Part shown: piece after piece, positions 57,840-64,000 of the stretch
Numbering within the stretch: the stretch's first letter is position 1
How the letters are laid out: each line of letters starts with the position of its first letter
Virus record (IMG/VR): IMGVR_UViG_3300026549_002453
DNA: 64,000 bases
Direction: 5' to 3' (one strand)
DNA from: a virus
Lineage: Duplodnaviria; Heunggongvirae; Uroviricota; Caudoviricetes
Made by a program: the position numbers and the translations under genes
Notes under the pieces: model-generated
Databases searched by the model: none
Told to the model about the DNA's origin: nothing
The model's input: the letters and a program-made list of their open reading frames with translations, nothing else

Positions 57840-59515
57840 ATGACTATTTTTTGGGATTACGAGTCTCTTACTGAAGAAGAAAAGAGAAGAGAAAATAAAA
57901 AGTTAGTAGAAAAATATCCATTCTTACTACCAAGAGATTGGAACGATGAAGAACTAAAAGATTATGCTTATTCTTGGACACTTATGGACGAAATTCCGAG
58001 AGGGTGGAGAATTGCCTTCGGAGAACTACTTTTTGATGAACTTAAAAAAGAATGTGAAAGAGTTAATTATCTAAATGACCTGCGATTAGTACAACTAAAA
58101 GAAAAGTTTGGCGGACTTAGGATATATACTAATGGTGAGCCTGAGGGTTCAAATATTAACGATATTATAGAAAAGTATAGCTTACTTAGTGAAAATATAT
58201 GTATTAAATGCGGTAAACCTGATGTAAGTATGGTTAACGATAGTTGGGTTAGTCCGTATTGTTTAGATTGTTGGATTGATATTGAGCAACAATATTGGGA
58301 AGATAGAAAAGAGCCTGAAGAAATTCTCGTTGATGCTAAGGAATCTTATAATGAACTTACGCATGGAGATAATGAGATGGTTGACAAATTAGTATGGACA
58401 AGATATAGTAAAGAAGGCAAGACGGAAGAAGTTATAGACATATCAGAAACCGCAAAAAAGATAAGAGAAAACTGGAATAATTATCAGAACACTGCGGCAG
58501 TTAATGTATTTGAGAAAGGATGTTAAACATGGGACTTGATTTTGGAATATATTACAAGAAAAAGAATGAAGCAATTCCAGACTGGGAGACAGACTATAAT
58601 GCTTATTATGAATGGATGAATAAGCACGAACTCTGTTATGGTAGAAAGAGTTGGGAACTTGTTCATGCTCTTAGGCTCCCTATTGATGATGGAGAAGACC
58701 CCATTGTAGAAAAAGAGTATTGGGATGAACTCATAGCTAGTATGAAAACATTTCTTGGTGATAATGATAGTTCTTATTTTGACATTATCAGAGACGATTA
58801 TTGTGCTATAGATAAGTATCATGAAATGGATGTAGATGTCCCGCCAGACATTCTTAATAGAGTAGTGCAGTATGAAGTATGGTATGATAAGACATTTGAT
58901 GAAACACCTCATCTTGGATATGATTTTGCTCTTGGGTATCTTGCAGAATTTTATAAGGCAGATGAGCAAATACAGAAATATTTTAATGATGAGTACGAGG
59001 TGAGAGCATATGTTAGTTACTAACGTTATAGAAGTAGTTGAAAGAAATAAGAATAAAGAAATAGAAACAGTAAGAACCAGAAAAGACTTTTATGATATAT
59101 TGGTGAAATATATGGGATATGAAGTCGCTAATTGGTTTGATAATTATGATAACAATCTTAAAAGTAGAGTGGAATATTTAGAGAGTGAGGTTGAAAGTCT
59201 ATATAGACTACCATAGGAGAGGATATGTTTACAAAAGATGAGCTTATAGAAAAGATATATACAGATAGAGAGGGTAGTTTAGAATTGCACTATGACGATG
59301 CCTGCACTGTACAAAAAATATTGGTGGATAAAGGTTATTGTGTCCTTATGTCAGGCGGAGATTGTGGTGAATACGAAATTACTTGGAATTATGCAGGTGA
59401 TACAGGTAATTTAGACTTTGCTGATAAAAATAACATGGTATTTTGTAGCAAAGACTATGTAGAAATGTTAATCTTTGGTGATTACGAGGAGGAAGAAGAT
59501 GAACCTACAGAGTAG
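57840..59515 (+). other. run of hypothetical CDS (57840-58526, 58529-59023, 59010-59216, 59225-59515)
   Basis: Co-oriented; the first has QLKEKFGGLRIY...CIKCG. Confidence 0.65.
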
Positions 59516-59628
59516 ATTGGCTGAATTACTAATGCAGTTAGACAGACTCATTTTAAGTTATGAGCATCAAATTGAAGTATTAAAGCAGGAAAACGAAAGA
59601 TTAAGAAAAAGTATGGAGGAGAAAAATA

Positions 59629-59961
59629 ATGACTGATGATAAATTAATTGAAATGGGTTATAACAAATATGAGCCTACACCTATTCATACGGACAATGTA
59701 GAAGCCTGTTTCCAGAAGAGAGTAGGGGATGATAGAGGTACAAAGTATTTTATTGACATAGAAAAAAGTAAACCCTGGATGCATCCTCATACAGGAGAAG
59801 AATTCCCACCTTCTTATGAATTCACTACACAGCTGTGCTATAAAGACAATGATTGTCCATTAAATCTTAGAATGTTTGCAGGGTGTACAGCCGAACAGTT
59901 TGAAGAATTTATGGAAAAACTGTTTAATACTGGAATGTTTGATTATTATGAGGAACACTAG
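59629..59961 (+). CDS. hypothetical protein; its stop codon is completed by the first base of the IscB element
   Basis: ...GAG GAA CAC TA|G TCAAC. Confidence 0.7.
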   Translation: MTDDKLIEMGYNKYEPTPIHTDNVEACFQKRVGDDRGTKYFIDIEKSKPWMHPHTGEEFPPSYEFTTQLCYKDNDCPLNLRMFAGCTAEQFEEFMEKLFNTGMFDYYEEH

Positions 59962-60240
59962 TCAACAACCCACCACTTAGAGCCTAACGACTCTTGAAGT
60001 GGGGGCTTTGGCCCTAGTTGACTAGCCTGAGTTCTTCGAGAACTACGTTATTTAGGTCATCACACCCTGAGATGTAGCACCTAGTTCCAGGCACTGTGGC
60101 TTAGTATTAAACAGTTTTGATGGGTAGAAACAGTGTGCTAAGTGTAAAAAGCCTAAATAACATTGGCGAAGGTATGACAACGGTAGATATGCACCGGCTT
60201 ACAGCATAAAGCATATCGAAATCTAACGAAAGGAGCCGTA
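59961..60240 (+). ncRNA. omegaRNA (HEARO-type) scaffold of IscB
   Basis: GTCAAC...GTTGACTAGCCTGAG, CTACGTT, TAAACAG...CAGTGTG, ACATTGGCGAAGG blocks typical of HEARO RNAs. Confidence 0.85.
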
Positions 60241-60243
60241 CTT

Positions 60244-61479
60244 ATGGTCTATGTAATAAGTAAATCAGGACATCCGCTTATGCCTACCATGAGATATGGC
60301 AAGGTTCGCAGGATGTTAAAAGAAGGTAAAGCTAAAGTAGTTAAGAGATGTCCTTTTATCATTCAGCTCTTGTATGATGCCGAAGAAAATATCCAGCCTA
60401 TATCTCTAGGAATAGACGCAGGTTCAAAGGTTGTCGGGGTGTCTGCTACGACTAAGGACAAGGTGTTATACGAAGCTGAGGTTGAGTTAAGAAACGATAT
60501 GTCCAAAAACCTTGCAACAAGAAAGGAGTTTAGAACATCAAGACGCAACAGAAAGACCAGGTACAGAAAGCCCAGATTCCTAAACAGAGTGAAGTCTAAG
60601 CATAAAGGTTGGCTTGCTCCATCGGTTCAAGCAAAGGTAGATACTCATCTAAGGGTAGTTAGGGATGTGCATAAGATACTCCCCGTGTCAAAGATTACAG
60701 TAGAAGTTGCGTCTTTCGATATCCAAAAGATTAAGAATCCTGAGATTAAAGGCATAGAGTATCAGCAAGGCGAACAGCTGGGTTTCTGGAATGTAAGAGA
60801 GTACGTTCTTTTTAGAGACGGCCATCAGTGTAAATGCTGTAAAGGAAAATCTAAAGACACTATCCTAAATGTCCATCACATAGAGTCGAGAAAGACTGGT
60901 GGAGATGCGCCCAATAACCTTGTCACTTTATGCGAGACTTGCCACAAGGATTATCACTTAGGGAAGATAGAACTTCCTAAAACCATTAGGAGGGGCGCAT
61001 CATTTAAGGACGCAGCCTTTATGGGAGTCTTACGTTGGAGTTTTTATAACAAGCTCAAGGAGTTATACACTGACGTTCATCTGACCTATGGGTATGTAAC
61101 CAAGAACATTAGAATTAAGAATGGCTTAGACAAAACCCATTACATCGATGCAAGATGTATTTCTGGCAATCCTTTAGCAAAGCCTTTGGGATATTACTTC
61201 TATCAAAAGAAAGTAAGATGTCACAATAGGCAGCTCCATAAGGCGACAATTCTGAAGGGTGGCTACAGAAAAATGAATCAAGCACCACACGAGGTTAAAG
61301 GGTTCAGGTTAAACGATACTGTTATGGTAAAAGGTAGAGAATGGCACATCCACGGAAGGCGAATTAAAGGCAGTTTTGTTCTTGCATCCCTTTCTGGTGA
61401 AAAACTGGAAGTAGTGCCAACCAAGCTAAAGTTCGTTAGCCCAGCAGGGCATATTATTACAGAAAGGAGAAGTGCGTAG
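60244..61479 (+). CDS. iscB: IscB RNA-guided endonuclease (RRXRR/PLMP, RuvC + HNH)
   Basis: PLMP, GIDAGSK, RRNRKTRYRKPRFLNR, VEVASFD, NVHHI...NLVTLCETCH, THYIDA. Confidence 0.95.
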   Translation: MVYVISKSGHPLMPTMRYGKVRRMLKEGKAKVVKRCPFIIQLLYDAEENIQPISLGIDAGSKVVGVSATTKDKVLYEAEVELRNDMSKNLATRKEFRTSRRNRKTRYRKPRFLNRVKSKHKGWLAPSVQAKVDTHLRVVRDVHKILPVSKITVEVASFDIQKIKNPEIKGIEYQQGEQLGFWNVREYVLFRDGHQCKCCKGKSKDTILNVHHIESRKTGGDAPNNLVTLCETCHKDYHLGKIELPKTIRRGASFKDAAFMGVLRWSFYNKLKELYTDVHLTYGYVTKNIRIKNGLDKTHYIDARCISGNPLAKPLGYYFYQKKVRCHNRQLHKATILKGGYRKMNQAPHEVKGFRLNDTVMVKGREWHIHGRRIKGSFVLASLSGEKLEVVPTKLKFVSPAGHIITERRSA

Positions 61480-61539
61480 CACCGTCAAGGTGCTCCTCCC
61501 CGCCTTACATAAGACGGGGTACCTACACTGAGAAAGTTG

Positions 61540-62091
61540 ATGGATAAAACTATACTGACAGCAGTAATAGTGGCGGCATGCTCTTTTATATTGCAAAAAA
61601 CTCTTAATAATTTATTATATGGGTTTGTTATTCTTGTGTCTAGACCATTTAAGAAGGGTGATAAAATCTCTATTAGACAGATGGATAGAGAACTTGCTTC
61701 TGGTACTCTTATTAAAAGAACCCCTCTTCACATATATGTAAAAAACTACGAGCGTGATGTGTTTATTATTCCTAACTCAGTATTAGAAAATTGTACAGTT
61801 AGGAACTCTAATTATAAAGATAAGGTAAATTATACCAATTACATAAAAATCAGTTTTGATTCTGATATAGAAAAAACAAGAGGTATAATTGAACAAGTAA
61901 TACTCAACAATGAAGAAACACTTAATACAGAAGAAAATACTCATGTCATACTAAAAACTAGTGATGGCGGACTTATCTTAGAGTATAATGTAAGAACGGA
62001 AGATGTAGATAAATCGTTTGATGTGTGCAGTAAAATAAAAGAAGATATCATAACAGAAATACAAAAACATAAAGATATACAATTAGTGTAA
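61540..62091 (+). CDS. short MscS-family mechanosensitive channel protein
   Basis: One TM helix, LLYGFVILVSRPFKKGDKI, IPNSVL, cytoplasmic beta domain. Confidence 0.8.
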   Translation: MDKTILTAVIVAACSFILQKTLNNLLYGFVILVSRPFKKGDKISIRQMDRELASGTLIKRTPLHIYVKNYERDVFIIPNSVLENCTVRNSNYKDKVNYTNYIKISFDSDIEKTRGIIEQVILNNEETLNTEENTHVILKTSDGGLILEYNVRTEDVDKSFDVCSKIKEDIITEIQKHKDIQLV

Positions 62092-62102
62092 GGAGAAATA
62101 TT

Positions 62103-62687
62103 ATGGAAGACAAAACAATCTACGGTTATGTTAATGGTGAGCCTGTATATTCGGCGGAAGAGTTTAAATACAAGTCGAGAGGGTTTGGAGAAATAAAGTC
62201 CGACGCCGAACTTCTTAAATATGCTGAAAAGGTTACAGGAGGATGGATGAACGCAGGTCATCAACAAAAATTTACTCACTTTTATTTAAGTGACTATGCT
62301 TTAAGCGAGCCTTATCGTTCCCTCACCTCCAAAGAATTTGTTCGTCTCAAAGAGTTGCAAGAGCAGGCTCGTGCAGAATGGGAAGCAGAACAGGCTAAGT
62401 ATAAGTATGAAAATTATGAGGGTAAACAACTAACTGAAACTGAAGTGAGGATGTTTCTAGATAAGCGTATAAAAGATGCTGAAGAACAATGGGGAGAGAG
62501 TCATTTTTATACAGAACAAGCTAAAGAGCATAAAGATAAAATTTTAGCAAAGTTTAAAGCTGGGGAAGTTGTGCCCGTGGATACCTACGATTATGTTGCT
62601 GGATATGGGAATGGTACAGGTTCCTATGATAAGACCCTATATAGTGATGGCACTATTAAAGATGGATGCTATGGGTATTTGGATTAG
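62103..62687 (+). CDS. hypothetical protein
   Basis: 194-aa ORF with AAGGAG RBS. Confidence 0.7.
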   Translation: MEDKTIYGYVNGEPVYSAEEFKYKSRGFGEIKSDAELLKYAEKVTGGWMNAGHQQKFTHFYLSDYALSEPYRSLTSKEFVRLKELQEQARAEWEAEQAKYKYENYEGKQLTETEVRMFLDKRIKDAEEQWGESHFYTEQAKEHKDKILAKFKAGEVVPVDTYDYVAGYGNGTGSYDKTLYSDGTIKDGCYGYLD

Positions 62688-62722
62688 AAAATACCATGAT
62701 AGGCGGATACGGAGAATAAACA

Positions 62723-63526
62723 ATGATATATGTTTGTAGCGATATACACGGTCAATATCGATTATATAAAGAGATGTTGGAAAAAATAAATTTTTCTGAT
62801 AATGACACCCTCTATATCCTTGGAGATATGATAGATAGAGGACCAGAGTCGGATAAATTAATGTTAGACATTATAAATAGACCTAGTATTATTTGTTGTG
62901 TTGGTAATCATGAAGTAATGATGTATAGTCACGAAATAGGTGACTATAAAAATAATTTTTGGTGCAATCCCTCTAATGGTGGAATAGAAACACTAACTCA
63001 ATTTGAAAAATTGACTGAAGAAGATCAAGAAAAAATAAAAGATTATATATTTAATAAAACATATTTACAAATAGAAATAGAGGTTAACAATAAAAAATAT
63101 CTTCTTTCTCATTCTGGATTTGTAGAAGGACAAGGTACAATAAAAGATTGGAAAGAATTATATAAGAGAAATAGTTCATTTTGGTATAGTGATGTCTTCG
63201 ATGTAGTGTGGAGGAGCCCTTGGAGATTTAATGAGTATAGAAGTAAAGAAAGCTACAATGACGGTAGAATACATATTATAGGACACGTTCCCGTACAAAC
63301 GGTTAGGTATAATGAAGACTACCAAAAAGAAAAATGTATAAGAGGACAAGAGTTAGATATAGAAGAAATAGAAGAACTATGCGATAAATTAGAGATTTGG
63401 CAAAATAACAATATTATAAATATTGACGGTGGGTGTTCATTTAAAAGCAAAAGAGAGGTAATATTTAAAAATACTGGTTTGTTGTGTATAAATTTAACAA
63501 CTGTAGATGTTGTAGGTATTAAGTAG
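62723..63526 (+). CDS. Ser/Thr phosphatase-like (PPP-type) metallophosphoesterase
   Basis: SDIHG, GDMIDRGPES, VGNHE, SHSG, IGHVP, NIDGGC. Confidence 0.9.
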   Translation: MIYVCSDIHGQYRLYKEMLEKINFSDNDTLYILGDMIDRGPESDKLMLDIINRPSIICCVGNHEVMMYSHEIGDYKNNFWCNPSNGGIETLTQFEKLTEEDQEKIKDYIFNKTYLQIEIEVNNKKYLLSHSGFVEGQGTIKDWKELYKRNSSFWYSDVFDVVWRSPWRFNEYRSKESYNDGRIHIIGHVPVQTVRYNEDYQKEKCIRGQELDIEEIEELCDKLEIWQNNNIINIDGGCSFKSKREVIFKNTGLLCINLTTVDVVGIK

Positions 63527-63552
63527 AGATGTGAAATATATCTCTACTTTTT
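63521..63552 (+). terminator. intrinsic terminator
   Basis: AAGTAGAGAT / ATCTCTACTT stem running into a T tract. Confidence 0.7.
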
Positions 63553-64000
63553 ATAAAAACTTATTTAATAATTGAGGGTATTGTGATATAATATATAAGT
63601 GGAAATAAAAGATAGGAGGAGACATGGCTAAAAAGAAAAAGAAACAGCACGTAGGAACTATTTCTGCATTAGAGCTGCTCAAGAAGTCTGCTCCTATGCA
63701 GGACATTCCTTTTAGAACAGGTAAACATATGACTAGAAAAGATAGACCTAGAAACAAGAATTGGAAAACTTGGAAAGAAGAGTAAAGGAGAAATAATATG
63801 ATAAAATTAGAAGTAGTTTCTGAAATGATTGGTACATTCGAAGTAATATTACCAAAAAGTCCCCAGACTGATGAAGAAAAAGAAATGGTACTACAAGAAT
63901 TTAGTAAATGGCACCTAGGTAATGGTGATAGATATACAGTTATAGAGGAAAAATAAAGTATGGAAGTTTTTTACAAGTTGATAGCCCCCGAATATGAAGG

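Larger units (their letters stand above)
59961..61539 (+). mobile_element. IS200/IS605-superfamily IscB element (omegaRNA + iscB, no tnpA)
   Basis: Begins GTCAACAACCC; ends after the CCCCG..CTTA-CAT-AAG..CGGGG hairpin; joined flanks restore a TAATG stop/start overlap. Confidence 0.85.

Noticed and set aside
116-63757. Most short minus-strand ORFs, and plus-strand ORFs nested in 41675-43807, in the ORF track
   Set aside because: They lie antisense to longer motif-bearing genes, lack RBSs, and read as hydrophobic shadow frames of AT-rich DNA.
1-64000. Stop-codon reassignment (as in some large gut phages)
   Set aside because: Long conserved genes are uninterrupted in code 11; TAA, TAG and TGA all end genes at expected positions; no suppressor tRNA seen.

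Overview
AT-rich, almost entirely plus-strand, densely packed segment of a large virulent-type dsDNA bacteriophage, probably of a low-GC Gram-positive (Bacillota) host. This is inferred from the sigmaA-type promoters, strong AGGAG RBSs, lipoproteins, and FN3 and sortase-like proteins. The standard genetic code fits, and no virion structural genes are visible. 2.5-14.7 kb is a replication module: initiator, DnaC-like loader, DnaB, beta clamp, two DNA methyltransferases, a compact MetK, DnaX/HolB/HolA clamp loader and a family A polymerase. The primase lies at 40 kb. The rest is an early/accessory region of small ORFs. It carries many nucleic-acid conflict and repair enzymes (two RNA ligases, a PNK-like kinase, five metallophosphoesterases, an RlaP-like and a second nucleotidyltransferase, macro, HEPN, HD, deaminase, nucleotidase), a sigma factor, and a toxin-like/DUF2283 pair. 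It also holds two IS200/IS605-type RNA-guided nuclease elements (TnpB, and IscB with its omega/HEARO RNA). A small-RNA island at 48.0-50.4 kb holds three canonical tRNAs (Leu-UAA, Lys-UUU, Gln-UUG), two tRNA-shaped RNAs whose anticodon arm is replaced by a large structured insert, and a further candidate structured ncRNA. These are the best candidates for an undescribed system. All protein family calls come from motifs read by eye, with no database search.
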